Of a DNA stretch of 64,000 bases, positions 8,120 to 17,813 are shown one piece after another (position 1 is the stretch's first letter; the number at the start of each line of letters is the position of its first letter). This DNA comes from a virus. Its lineage: Duplodnaviria; Caudoviricetes. A model generated the notes under the pieces. The model was not told the origin of the DNA. It searched no databases and saw only the letters and a program-made list of their open reading frames with translations. The stretch covers positions 822 to 64,821 of IMG/VR virus record IMGVR_UViG_2731957960_000004; one strand, given 5' to 3'. Both the position numbers and the translations under genes were made by a program.

Positions 8120-9241
8120 ATGGCTCCGCTACCACGAACGATCAGTCAGACGACCGAAGCCATCTATGCCGCCTATGCGAAGTCTCGCGGCCAAGCTTGG
8201 GACTCGATGGGAATCTCCATCTCGATCCTCGGCGAAGAGTGCGAGCGCGCACTTTGGTACGAACTGCGCTGGGCATCTCAGCCGGAAGTCATCGACGGCC
8301 TGAAGGCGATCACGTTCGAGACCGGCAACATCGAAGAAACCCGTCTGCTTAACGCGCTGCGCATGATCGGCTGCGAAGTGGACGAGGTCGATCATCGCGG
8401 CAAGCAGTATCGCGCCAGCGCAGTCGCCGGACACGTTCGCGGCAAGATGGACGGCAAGGTGCTCGGCCTGCCGGAAGCCGTGAAGACGTGGCACGTCGTC
8501 GAATGCAAGTCGATGAAGGAAACCTATTGGAAGGCCGTCGTCAAAGATGGCGTTCGCAAGGGCTACTACGCTCATTGGGTGCAGTTGAACCTTTACTGCC
8601 ATCTCTTCGGCTTCGAGCGCGGCCTTTACATCTGCCGCAACAAGAATACCGGCGAGGTCCACAGCGAGCGCATCGAGACCGACCACGTCGAGGCGATCCG
8701 TCTGCTCGCTCGCGCTGAGCGTATCGTTAAGGCCGCTAATCCGCCGCCGAAGCTTCACGAAGACCCCGAAGCGAAGCTGGCCTTCAAGTGCAAGCATATG
8801 TGCAAGCACAAGGCGATCTGCCACGACAAGGCGTTCGCGCGCATTTCGTGCCGCACCTGCTTGCACGCGACCCCCGAGATGTTCGGCGACGCGGCGTGGT
8901 CGTGCGCTCGCTGGAACAAGCCGCTCTCGCTCGCTGAGCAGAAGGCCGGCTGCCCCGCACACCTGTTCGTTCCGACGCTCGTCCCCGGCGAAGTCGTCGA
9001 TGCCAACGATGAAGAAGAGTGGGTGCTTTACACGCTGCACGACGGCCGCGAATGGCGCGACGGCGTGAAGCCCGCCCGTCGCTATTGGCACCATCCCGAA
9101 AGCGGCTCCGTCTTCATGACGACCGCAGACGAGCCCGATCCGCGCGAAGGCGGCGGTGACGGCGCGCTTGTCGAAGAACTCACTGCCGCTGAGTTCGCAA
9201 CCCTCTCCGAACGCTACGCTCAAGACAACAACGAGGACTGA
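8120..9241 (+). CDS. Cas4-like PD-(D/E)xK exonuclease
   Basis: ECERALWY, GKMDG, VVECKS, QLNLY and C-terminal Cys cluster. Confidence 0.8.
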   Translation: MAPLPRTISQTTEAIYAAYAKSRGQAWDSMGISISILGEECERALWYELRWASQPEVIDGLKAITFETGNIEETRLLNALRMIGCEVDEVDHRGKQYRASAVAGHVRGKMDGKVLGLPEAVKTWHVVECKSMKETYWKAVVKDGVRKGYYAHWVQLNLYCHLFGFERGLYICRNKNTGEVHSERIETDHVEAIRLLARAERIVKAANPPPKLHEDPEAKLAFKCKHMCKHKAICHDKAFARISCRTCLHATPEMFGDAAWSCARWNKPLSLAEQKAGCPAHLFVPTLVPGEVVDANDEEEWVLYTLHDGREWRDGVKPARRYWHHPESGSVFMTTADEPDPREGGGDGALVEELTAAEFATLSERYAQDNNED

Positions 9242-9243
9242 TT

Positions 9244-9501
9244 GTGTCTGCATATCCCTTTGCCACTCGCTTCATGCTGACCAAGGGCTGTCAGTGCATG
9301 TACTTCTTGCCGGGCGAGTCTGGCATGGCCGGTCTCGTTTGCGGTGCGCCGACAAGGGCCGGCAAGTCGTTCTGCGACGCGCATCGCCGCGAGACGTATC
9401 AGCCGCTCAAAGCGGGCCGCATCTATTTCCGCGATGCGTCGGTGGTGACGTGCGACGACGATTCGGATCACGAACCCGATCTGACGGAGATCGTGTCGTG
9501 A
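9244..9501 (+). CDS. GcrA C-terminal-like Cys/His protein
   Basis: CMY...CGAPTRAGKSFCDAHRRETYQP resembles the GcrA CRWP..CG....YC..H...AYQP domain. Confidence 0.65.
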   Translation: MSAYPFATRFMLTKGCQCMYFLPGESGMAGLVCGAPTRAGKSFCDAHRRETYQPLKAGRIYFRDASVVTCDDDSDHEPDLTEIVS

Positions 9502-10145
9502 AGTTTCCGCTGATCTATGCCGATCCAGCGTGGACCTTCGAGACGTATTCGGAGGAAGGCAAGGATCGCTCGCCCGAGCAGCACTATGACTGCATGACGC
9601 TTGACGAGATCAAGGCGATGCCCGTCGCCGATCTCGCGGCCGACGACTCCGCATGCCTGCTTTGGGCGTGTGATCCGCTGCTCGACAAGGCGTTCGAGGT
9701 TCTGACCGCTTGGGGCTTCACCTTCAAGACGGTCGGCTTCTACTACATCAAGATCGCACGCGGCCTGCGTCCGGTTACAGGCATGGGATATTGGACGCGC
9801 GCCAATCCCGAGATTTGCCTGCTCGGCACGCGTGGCAAGCCGGAACGCCTCTCGAAGGGCGTTCAACGGCTGATCCTCGAACTGACATTTGAAGACAAGG
9901 TCATCCTCGCGCCACGCACCGAGCACTCGGAAAAGCCGCTCGAAGCATACGACCGCATCGAGAAGCTATTGCCCGGCCCGTACCTCGAACTGTTCGCGCG
10001 GCACGCCCGACCTGGCTGGCACCAATGGGGCAACGAAGTCGGCAAGACCGGCGGCACCCCGAACCTCATTCACATGCCCGGCTACCCGGCACGCGCCGTC
10101 GTCGCCAACGACAACTCACTCTTTGGGGGAACCAATGCAGCGTAA
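9498..10145 (+). CDS. MT-A70 family N6-adenine methyltransferase (start GTG 9498)
   Basis: IYADPAW, GMGYWTRANPE, EHSEKP, YLELFAR, GWHQWGNE. Confidence 0.9.
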   Translation: MKFPLIYADPAWTFETYSEEGKDRSPEQHYDCMTLDEIKAMPVADLAADDSACLLWACDPLLDKAFEVLTAWGFTFKTVGFYYIKIARGLRPVTGMGYWTRANPEICLLGTRGKPERLSKGVQRLILELTFEDKVILAPRTEHSEKPLEAYDRIEKLLPGPYLELFARHARPGWHQWGNEVGKTGGTPNLIHMPGYPARAVVANDNSLFGGTNAA

Positions 10146-10500
10146 GGACTCGCTTACTGTACTTCGTGACCATGTCATCGCGACTGACGGGCAGACCGCA
10201 TCGCCGGGGATGAAGGCCGTCGAGATCGAACGCGCCCTTGAGCGCGCTGGCCTGACGATCATCTCGAACGAAGCGATGGCCGCGTTCGCGTGCATCGTCT
10301 CTTATAGCGGATGCACTGCATTCCAGTTCGCCACGCTGATGCAGCGCCTTGGTCTCGCACAGGTCGTTCCGTTCGATCCTGCGAAGCATGATGCCGGCGG
10401 CGAAGAGATCGAGCCCGGTTCCGACTTCCTCGAATACAGCGATGCGCTGAAGAGCGTCCTGAAGCATGCGCAACCGCATCTGCGGGGTCGCCTGCAATGA
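10135..10500 (+). CDS. Hypothetical phage protein
   Basis: ATG 10135 with GGGGGA SD; overlaps both neighbours. Confidence 0.6.
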   Translation: MQRKDSLTVLRDHVIATDGQTASPGMKAVEIERALERAGLTIISNEAMAAFACIVSYSGCTAFQFATLMQRLGLAQVVPFDPAKHDAGGEEIEPGSDFLEYSDALKSVLKHAQPHLRGRLQ

Positions 10501-12422
10501 GCCTGACGCTTCGCCAATATCAGCGCGCCGCTGCGGACTCGCCGTATCCCTATTGGGAGAAGAAGCCGGAAGGCAATCCGCTGATCGTGCTCCCGACCGG
10601 CGGGGGCAAGTCGCTTGTGCTCGGCACAATCACACAAGAGTTCATCGAGATCGAGCCGACGACGCGCATCGTCATGGCGACGCATATCGCCGAACTGATC
10701 GAGCAGAACTATGCTGAGCTTCTAGGCTTCTGGCCTTGGGCACCGGCCGGTATCTATTCGGCATCGCTCGGCCGTCGTGAGGCTCACGCGCAGATCGTGT
10801 TCGGTGGCATCGCGTCGATGTTCCGCAACGCGGAGAAGATAGGCCACGTCGATGTGCTGATCATCGACGAAGCCCATCTCGTCCCGCCGGACGAAGCCGC
10901 GATGTACGGAAAGTTCATCAAGGCGCTGCGCGCGATCAATCCGAAGATGTTGATCCTTGGCCTGACCGCCACGCCGTACCGGATCGACTCCGGGCTGCTC
11001 ACGGAGGGCGACGACGCGCTCTTCACCGACATCATCTATGAGATCACGATCAAGGAACTGATCGACCTTGGCTTCCTTGTTCCGTTGACCTCGAAGGCCA
11101 CGGCGACGCAGTTGGATTTGAAGGGCGTCGGTCGATCCGGCGGCGACTTCAAACCGACTGCGCTTCAGAAGGCCGTCGATAAGCATCCGATCACCTGTGC
11201 GGCGGTTGATGAAATCGTGGCCTATGCGCAGAGCAACGAAACGCCGCGTCGTTCGTGGTTGGTGTTCTGCACTGGCGTCGATCACGCGGTCCATGTCCGC
11301 GATGAAATCCGCCTGCGCGGCTTCTCATGCGAGACGATCACAGGCGAGACGCCGAAGGGCGAGCGTTCGCGCATCGTCGAGGACTTCAAGGCTGGCAAGA
11401 TCACGGCGTTGACCAACGCCAACGTGCTGACCACGGGCTTCAATGCACCGCGCGTCGATCTGCTCGCGATGCTACGGCCGACCGAGTCCACGGCGCTCTA
11501 TGTGCAGATGGTCGGTCGCGGCACGCGCTGCATGGGGAAGGACATTCATGAGTCGATCCGCAACGGCAAGTCTGACTGCCTTGTGCTCGACTTCGCCGGC
11601 AACGTCCGCCGGCATGGCCCGGTGGATCGCGTCACCGTGCGGAAGCCGGGCAAGGGCCAGGGCGAAGCGCCGGTCAAGGAATGTCCGCAGTGCCACTCAC
11701 TGATTTTCGCCGGTCTGAGCGAGTGCCCTGACTGCGGCCACAAGTTCGAGCGCGATGTCGAGAAGAACATCAAGCAGACCGCCGACGCCGTGCCGATCCT
11801 GTCGTCGTCGAAGCCGAATTGGGTAACGGTCAAGCGCCGCACCTTCTATCGGCACGATAAGCCCGGTGGCACGCCGAGCATCCGCGTCGAGTACATCTGC
11901 GGCTTCGTCTCGCACAAGGAATGGATTTGCCCCGAGCATAAGGGCTACGCGCGCGTCCTGTTCGAGAAGTGGTGGAAGAAGCATGGCGGTGGTGACGACG
12001 CTCCGCTGTCAATCGACGCCACCTTCGGCCTTCTGAAGGATCTGAAGCAGTGCGCCGAGATCATGATCAAGGCCAACGGCAAGCATTGGGAGATTGTCGG
12101 GCACAAGCTGACTGATGCCGATCCGAGCATCGAGCCGCTTGGCTTCGTGCAGCCGTCCCGCGAGACCGTGTTGCGTCGTCATGACGAGATGGTCGCAGCA
12201 CGCAAGGCGACGATGCCCGGTGTGACGCCGGCTGCGCCTGTCGCTCGCGTTGTGCCGCCTTGGGAGAAGCCGACGACGATCACCGTCAGCGCTCCGAAGG
12301 CAACGATGCCCGGCTTCGTCGCGCCTCGCGCCAAGCTCGATACGTCGAAGCCTTGGAACGCGCAGATCACGCCGCCGATCAACAGCCGCAATCTCGATCT
12401 CGACGACGACATTCCGTTCTGA
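10497..12422 (+). CDS. SF2 DEAH helicase (RadD/YejH-like) with zinc finger
   Basis: LRQYQ, PTGGGKS, DEAH, GLTATP, QMVGRGTR, CPQC/CPDC; ends DDDIPF. Confidence 0.92.
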   Translation: MSLTLRQYQRAAADSPYPYWEKKPEGNPLIVLPTGGGKSLVLGTITQEFIEIEPTTRIVMATHIAELIEQNYAELLGFWPWAPAGIYSASLGRREAHAQIVFGGIASMFRNAEKIGHVDVLIIDEAHLVPPDEAAMYGKFIKALRAINPKMLILGLTATPYRIDSGLLTEGDDALFTDIIYEITIKELIDLGFLVPLTSKATATQLDLKGVGRSGGDFKPTALQKAVDKHPITCAAVDEIVAYAQSNETPRRSWLVFCTGVDHAVHVRDEIRLRGFSCETITGETPKGERSRIVEDFKAGKITALTNANVLTTGFNAPRVDLLAMLRPTESTALYVQMVGRGTRCMGKDIHESIRNGKSDCLVLDFAGNVRRHGPVDRVTVRKPGKGQGEAPVKECPQCHSLIFAGLSECPDCGHKFERDVEKNIKQTADAVPILSSSKPNWVTVKRRTFYRHDKPGGTPSIRVEYICGFVSHKEWICPEHKGYARVLFEKWWKKHGGGDDAPLSIDATFGLLKDLKQCAEIMIKANGKHWEIVGHKLTDADPSIEPLGFVQPSRETVLRRHDEMVAARKATMPGVTPAAPVARVVPPWEKPTTITVSAPKATMPGFVAPRAKLDTSKPWNAQITPPINSRNLDLDDDIPF

Positions 12423-12433
12423 GGGGGACGAAC

Positions 12434-12697
12434 GTGGGGGCCATTAGCAAGGCGATGCGACGCAACGAGTCGTATCAAAAGCTGTCTGCCTACCTGAGTG
12501 AGCAGGGATACCCCTTTGAGCCCGTGCATGGCTCGAAGCATCCCTATCTTTTGGTGGACCTGAAACAGGGATCGAAGGTGAAGTTCTTCTTCCCGGCCAG
12601 TGCAAGCGACCATCGCTCGGCTGACAACTGCGTCGCTCAGATCAAGCGGCTTATCCGTGAACGGCTGGGAGGCCAATTCCATCATGACGCGCCGTAA
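12434..12697 (+). CDS. Small protein, possible HicA-like fold
   Basis: GSKHP and ASASDHRS motifs; GTG start with GAGGGGG SD. Confidence 0.45.
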   Translation: MGAISKAMRRNESYQKLSAYLSEQGYPFEPVHGSKHPYLLVDLKQGSKVKFFFPASASDHRSADNCVAQIKRLIRERLGGQFHHDAP

Positions 12698-13040
12698 CTT
12701 CGACGCCGAACCTGTCTGCTGCGGCGTCTGCCAGCGGCAGGCAGTTGGCCTCGGCTACGCACCAAAGCAGGGTACGCCGGTTCTCTGGCTCTGCGATGAA
12801 CCTGAATGCATCCAACTTGGACGAGTCGTTTTTCACATGGCACCTAGCAAGCTCACTCACTTTGAACGTCTCTCTCTTGCCGACGCCGGCAGCGAAGGGG
12901 GCGCGTATCTCGAAAAGCTCGGCAAGTTCGACCTGTCCGAACTCAGCCAGGACGAATGGATGAATTTCCTAACCATCGTTCTCAAGGGCTACGGCACCAA
13001 GATGCGCGAACACGTCCTCTCCCACGCTGCACCGTTCTGA
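12684..13040 (+). CDS. DUF6511-like phage protein
   Basis: CGVC at N-terminus, GGAYLEKLGKFDLSELSQDEW, ends APF. Confidence 0.6.
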   Translation: MTRRNFDAEPVCCGVCQRQAVGLGYAPKQGTPVLWLCDEPECIQLGRVVFHMAPSKLTHFERLSLADAGSEGGAYLEKLGKFDLSELSQDEWMNFLTIVLKGYGTKMREHVLSHAAPF

Positions 13041-13048
13041 GGCTCGAT

Positions 13049-15592
13049 ATGACTGAAGCACCTTTCTCACAGGTTGGCCCTGATCTCTTTCGCATGGGGT
13101 ACAATCCGATCCCGATCATGCCCGGCGACAAGAAGCCCGGCATGATGGTCGGGGACGAATGGCGCCTATTCAAGGGCTGGAATGAGTTCTGCGTTTCGCG
13201 TCCCAGCCAGTTCCAGATCAATCAATGGGCGAAGTGGCCGCTGGCTGGTGTTGGCGTTGCGTGCGGCCAAGGCTTGATCTGCATCGACATCGACCTCGAA
13301 GAAGCCGTCGCTGCGCTGCTCGAAATCCTGCCGCTCTCAACGGTGCAGAAGAAGGGCCGCAAGGGCATCTCGCTCTTCTATCGTGGCAACACCGAGAAGA
13401 TCAGGTCGAAGAACTTCCGCACGCCCGAGCGCGTCGGCCTCGTTGACCTGCTCGCTGAAGGCAAGCAGACCGTGCTTCCGCCCTCGATCCATCCCGACAC
13501 GGGTGAGCCCTATTATTGGTGGACCGAAGGCACACTGCTCAATACCTACCCGGAAGACCTGACCGAGTTGGATGACGACATTGCCGATCAGATCGCGGAA
13601 GTGCTGAAGCAGTTCGGCTATGATCCTGAAGGCGACCGCATCGTTGAGCGCGTTGTGGCCGGCGACATCCCTGAGACCGCCCTGACGCATTCGAGCGACT
13701 TTTACCGGAAGCTCAACGAAGACGCGCTGGCGAACCTGCACGCCTGGGTGCCGAAGCTTGGCCTGCCGAAGTGCCAGTGCAAGTTCGGGAACGTCTATCG
13801 CGCCGTCGCCCCGTGGCGTGCGTCGGGATCGGGCAGGGCGGTCGCGCGCCGTAACCCGAACCTGTCGCTGTCGAGCAAGGGCATCGAAGACTTCGGCACT
13901 GGCGAGAAATTCACGGCGCTCAACGTCGTGATGAAGGTCATGGGCATTAACGATTCCGAGCGCGACGCGGCCGTGCAATGGCTGGGCGAGAATCTTGGCT
14001 ATAACTTCGGCATCGAGATCGACCTGCGCAATCGGAGGAAGGAAGCAGAAGCCCTTGGGAAGGCCGCACAGCACCTCACGCCGTTGCCCGAGAAGATCAT
14101 CCACGTTTCCACGCCGACGCATGCTGAGCCGCCGCTGGCATTGCGTGCGCCCGTTGAAGCGACCTATGTCAACAACGATGTGGCGGACGATGGGATCACC
14201 ATCCAGACTCCGACTTGGAAGCCGACGAAGCGCGGCAACCTTGTCGGTCTGTTGGCCCCCAGCGAGCCCCCTGTGCCGGCTGTCGTGGACGCTGACGCGA
14301 TCCCCGAAGAGATGGGCACCGAAGAAGTGCCTATCGTCCCGCCGACTATGGACGAGCTTGAAGCCCTCTGCCGCGACGTGCCGGGATTGATTGGCGAAAT
14401 GATGGACTGGATCGTCGGATGCTCTAATAGCCCGTCGCGTCCGCTCGCCCTGGGTCCGGCATTGACGTTCGTCGGGACGCTGGCCGGTCGCCACCATGAA
14501 GGCCCGACCGAACTGCGCACGAACCTCTATATCTGCGCTCTGGCGCCCTCGGGGTATGGCAAGGACCACGCTCGCAAGCGCGTCTTGGCGCTGGCTGAGA
14601 AGGCCGGTCTGCACACCAACTACATCGGCCCCGAAGACTTCCTGTCGGACTCGGCCCTGCGCAAAACCATCGAGCGCCGGCCGTCGCTTCTGTCGATGAT
14701 GGACGAGTTCGGTGGCTTCATTAACAAGATCATGGATCGCCGCGCCGGTTCGCATCAGTCGAACATGCGCACCATGCTTCTGAAGCTCTTCACCATGTCG
14801 GACTCGTCCTATCAGGGAACGGAGGGTGCGCAGGAAACCGCGACGCCGATTCACAACCCGAACTTCTCGATCTATGGAACGTCCACGCCGCACGACTTCT
14901 GGCCGTCAATGTCCGGCAAGGGCATCGGCGACGGCTTCCTGCCGCGTTGGTTGGTGCTCACGGTATCGGGCGAGCCGTTGCGTGGCGTCGCGAAGACCCA
15001 TGACCGGGAGCCGCCTGACCGGCTGGTTGAGTGGTGCCGCGCTATCGTGTCGCTGTCGCAGAAGGGCAACCTGCCGCCGTCGTCGTCGCGACCTGTACAG
15101 GCGCTTAAGGCCGGCTGGGGCAAGGACGCGGAAGCCTGCTATGAGTATCACCGCGAACTGTTCTCAAAGCGCGCCAACGCGATGAAGAACGAGATGTCGG
15201 TGCTTTGGTCCCGCACGATGGAGATCGCCCTGCGCATCGCTCACATCGTCGCCATCGGCGTCAATCCTGAGTACCCGGTCGTCACCGAAGACAACATGCT
15301 TTGGGCGATCAGGTTGGTCGAGCTTTCGGTTCGGTCCTGTCTCATTGAGGTTGGCGACCGGCTCGCATCAACCGAGAAGCAGGCCGAATACCTGAAGGTC
15401 CGCCGCATGATCAAGGAAGCCGGCGAGTTCGGCCTGACCGACACGAAGCTGAAGGCGCAGGTCAACGGCGAGTTCGACCTGGCACGCCTCAATGCGATCA
15501 CGACGCAGCTTCAGGAATCGAAGCAGATCGACCGCAAGTTCACGTCCGGCAAGACCGGCGGTCGCCCGACGTTCCGGTGGGTCGCATTGTAG
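13049..15592 (+). CDS. Bifunctional primase-polymerase fused to a DUF3987-like helicase domain
   Basis: PIPIMPGDKKP, IDID, QTVLPPSIHPDTG; APSGYGKD, MDEFG, GFLPRW. Confidence 0.88.
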   Translation: MTEAPFSQVGPDLFRMGYNPIPIMPGDKKPGMMVGDEWRLFKGWNEFCVSRPSQFQINQWAKWPLAGVGVACGQGLICIDIDLEEAVAALLEILPLSTVQKKGRKGISLFYRGNTEKIRSKNFRTPERVGLVDLLAEGKQTVLPPSIHPDTGEPYYWWTEGTLLNTYPEDLTELDDDIADQIAEVLKQFGYDPEGDRIVERVVAGDIPETALTHSSDFYRKLNEDALANLHAWVPKLGLPKCQCKFGNVYRAVAPWRASGSGRAVARRNPNLSLSSKGIEDFGTGEKFTALNVVMKVMGINDSERDAAVQWLGENLGYNFGIEIDLRNRRKEAEALGKAAQHLTPLPEKIIHVSTPTHAEPPLALRAPVEATYVNNDVADDGITIQTPTWKPTKRGNLVGLLAPSEPPVPAVVDADAIPEEMGTEEVPIVPPTMDELEALCRDVPGLIGEMMDWIVGCSNSPSRPLALGPALTFVGTLAGRHHEGPTELRTNLYICALAPSGYGKDHARKRVLALAEKAGLHTNYIGPEDFLSDSALRKTIERRPSLLSMMDEFGGFINKIMDRRAGSHQSNMRTMLLKLFTMSDSSYQGTEGAQETATPIHNPNFSIYGTSTPHDFWPSMSGKGIGDGFLPRWLVLTVSGEPLRGVAKTHDREPPDRLVEWCRAIVSLSQKGNLPPSSSRPVQALKAGWGKDAEACYEYHRELFSKRANAMKNEMSVLWSRTMEIALRIAHIVAIGVNPEYPVVTEDNMLWAIRLVELSVRSCLIEVGDRLASTEKQAEYLKVRRMIKEAGEFGLTDTKLKAQVNGEFDLARLNAITTQLQESKQIDRKFTSGKTGGRPTFRWVAL

Positions 15593-15599
15593 GGCAATG

Positions 15600-15630
15600 A
15601 AAAAGCCCGCCGATTTGGCGGGCTTTGTTT
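15600..15630. terminator. Bidirectional intrinsic terminator
   Basis: AAAAGCCCGCC-GATTT-GGCGGGCTTTG between convergent operons. Confidence 0.8.
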
Positions 15631-15713
15631 ATCGAGTTGCCGTGGCTGGCTGGCGTTGGGCTGGCTGGCTAGGCGCTCCAGCCTAGATTGCTGGAATCGG
15701 TGACGGCAACTAG

Positions 15714-16127
15714 CTATCCTTTGCGTTCCGCCGTTGCAAGGGAGCGCAGATCGACCGGCGGCGCGACGCCCTGACTCAGTTCGTCGAAGGTCTCGATGGC
15801 AACGCTCTTGGATGCACTCGCCGGTTGTTGCAGGGCGACTTGCGGCGGGAAATACTTCGCGGCAAAATTGTCCTTAAACCCATAGCCATAGTTCACGAAT
15901 GCCGCGATCAGGATCACGACCGCGCCGCAGATCGCGGGAATGCGAAGGCTCCGACTGCTTTCCATGCTCTGCGAAGCCGCGTAGCACCGTAGAGCTTCAG
16001 CGCAAAGCGCGCTGTCGCTTGGTCCTAAAGTAGTTTCTTCCCCACTGTTTAGCGCCACTGCGAGCGCCAAGGCGTTGCCCCTGTTATTCACGATGCTAGT
16101 CTCCCTTTTCCCCGTTCGGTGATGCAA
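15714..16127 (-). CDS. Hypothetical membrane protein
   Basis: One hydrophobic segment IPAICGAVVILIAAFV; start uncertain. Confidence 0.45.
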   Translation of the reverse strand: MHHRTGKRETSIVNNRGNALALAVALNSGEETTLGPSDSALCAEALRCYAASQSMESSRSLRIPAICGAVVILIAAFVNYGYGFKDNFAAKYFPPQVALQQPASASKSVAIETFDELSQGVAPPVDLRSLATAERKG

Positions 16128-16311
16128 CCGGGGTCCGTAATGTTCGCGGAATGCGTGTGTTTGGTTGTGTTCTAACGATTTCGCAATGCGAGGTTAGCGT
16201 CAAGATTTTTAAAGTTTCTCTCAAGGCGGCTTTTGGAATCTATCTAAAGAGAGTCGCTACTGCGAAAACAGCGGCGGCTTAAACCGAAGGGATAAGCCGC
16301 CGAGTTTTTTA

Positions 16312-16740
16312 CTACCGATTTGACTGATACGCAGATGCCGCAGCCATCACCTTCCGTCCGTACCCGGTGCATCCCGGCCTTGCATAAACGCCGCGCTGAT
16401 AAAGGCTGACCCCTGCGCACCCCGATCCACCTTTCTCGATGGCGATCCGCAGGTAACGCATCCCGGCACGAATACCAATGTTGCAATCGTACAGATTCCC
16501 CGTGACACCAACGCTGCGCGCAGTGGCGGGCTTAACCTGCATGATCCCACGCTCGCCAGCGCGGCCCGTCAGGTGGCAGTTGTAGCGGCTCTCGACCGTG
16601 ACAACGCCGTGAGCAATGTGTCGCGGGACGCCGTGTGAGTCGGCGGCGCTGTCGATCTGCGACCGCAGGTCAGAGGCGAACGCAGGCAAAGAGGTAGCGA
16701 TCACGGTCGCCAGTGCGACCGCGCTGAAGAGGCGCTTCAT
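16312..16740 (-). CDS. Secreted lytic transglycosylase (SLT domain)
   Basis: Signal peptide; VESRY, GIMQVKPATA, NIRAGMRYL, YQRG. Confidence 0.85.
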   Translation of the reverse strand: MKRLFSAVALATVIATSLPAFASDLRSQIDSAADSHGVPRHIAHGVVTVESRYNCHLTGRAGERGIMQVKPATARSVGVTGNLYDCNIGIRAGMRYLRIAIEKGGSGCAGVSLYQRGVYARPGCTGYGRKVMAAASAYQSNR

Positions 16741-16752
16741 GTACTTCCTCGT

Positions 16753-17097
16753 TTAGGCCGCTATGGCTTCACACTCGAAGCGACGGGCCTTGTCGCGGCG
16801 ACGCTGGTTCTCTTTGTGCGTCACCAGTTCCAGATGATCCGCGTTCACGCAGCGGCGAACACGGCAGCGATGATCGAGTTGCTTGCGAGGGGGAATGGGA
16901 CCGTGTTCGAGCACGAACATCACGATATGGACGGCCATCGTGCCGCCATCGAGACACATGCGCGGATAGTCCTTCCCCCTCCCGGTGCTTCCCGACGTGG
17001 GTCCGGTCCACAAGTGGCACGGTGTATCGAGCGGCCCTTCGACCACCTCGACGCGAGCCATTACCTTGGCTCGGATGCGCTCTTTGCGAGGGCTCAT
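16753..17097 (-). CDS. HNH endonuclease
   Basis: CHLWTG, LDHRCRVRRCVNADHLELVTHKEN. Confidence 0.88.
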   Translation of the reverse strand: MSPRKERIRAKVMARVEVVEGPLDTPCHLWTGPTSGSTGRGKDYPRMCLDGGTMAVHIVMFVLEHGPIPPRKQLDHRCRVRRCVNADHLELVTHKENQRRRDKARRFECEAIAA

Positions 17098-17108
17098 TCG
17101 AGCCCCCT

Positions 17109-17330
17109 TTAGTGAGTGCGCTTCTGGCGCTGAAGGAACGCCTGAAGGTGGTAAGCGCGATTGTGCGGAGTGTCGGCGATCTCGGCCGAGACGCGGGACA
17201 GTGCCTTGCGGCGCTCTCCGTTCTCGATCCAGTGGTGGTGCAGTTCGGTGAAGCGATAGCCGCCTGCGGATACGCGCGGCGCGATGCGAATGGATACGTC
17301 GGTCAGGATGCGCGCGGATTGGATGTTCAT
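17109..17330 (-). CDS. Hypothetical phage protein
   Basis: Coupled leftward operon. Confidence 0.55.
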   Translation of the reverse strand: MNIQSARILTDVSIRIAPRVSAGGYRFTELHHHWIENGERRKALSRVSAEIADTPHNRAYHLQAFLQRQKRTH

Positions 17331-17569
17331 TTTACGAAGACACCCAGGGCGGCGAGTGCTTCGTCCACGATGGCGATCTGCTGCTCGATGACGAGCTTCA
17401 TGTCCGGCACCATGCGCTTGACGAGTTCGGGGCGAACATCGTGATCGCGCTCGGCCGTGTTGCCGATATGCAGGCGGGCGGTAGCAGAGCCGAGCATGCC
17501 GAGCAGCTTGGCGTAGTATTCGCGCTCCTTGATCAGGTCGCGGACCTTGTCGAAGTTCTCAAGCTTCAT
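17327..17569 (-). CDS. Hypothetical phage protein
   Basis: Start MKLENF with GGGGA SD; C-terminus resembles that of 28303-28536. Confidence 0.6.
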   Translation of the reverse strand: MKLENFDKVRDLIKEREYYAKLLGMLGSATARLHIGNTAERDHDVRPELVKRMVPDMKLVIEQQIAIVDEALAALGVFVK

Positions 17570-17813
17570 TGTCGGTATTCCCCGTGGTCCCAAGTGAGTA
17601 GAGTTCGCGGAAGGCGTCGCGACTGATGTTCCTCGCATCAACCTCGACGATGCCGGGCGGAAAGGCCCGGTCAGGATCGGGCAGGACGGCGATGCCGCTC
17701 ATGTCGATCCCTCCGTCACTGAGGAAGCAGTGATGGTATTCGTGTTCGCGCAGATGGCCGGCGATCTCGTTGTAAGCGGCTTGGCTGATCTTCAGCCCGA
17801 CGACGGTTCTCAT
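17559..17813 (-). CDS. Hypothetical phage protein
   Basis: Coupled operon. Confidence 0.6.
   Translation of the reverse strand: MRTVVGLKISQAAYNEIAGHLREHEYHHCFLSDGGIDMSGIAVLPDPDRAFPPGIVEVDARNISRDAFRELYSLGTTGNTDNEA

Noticed and set aside
8120-9241. Cas4-like gene as a sign of CRISPR-Cas
   Set aside because: No repeat-spacer array or other cas genes; it sits in a typical Sak4-SSB-nuclease recombination module
12434-12697. HicAB toxin-antitoxin pair
   Set aside because: No adjacent HicB-like gene; HicA resemblance is weak and the gene is embedded in the replication operon
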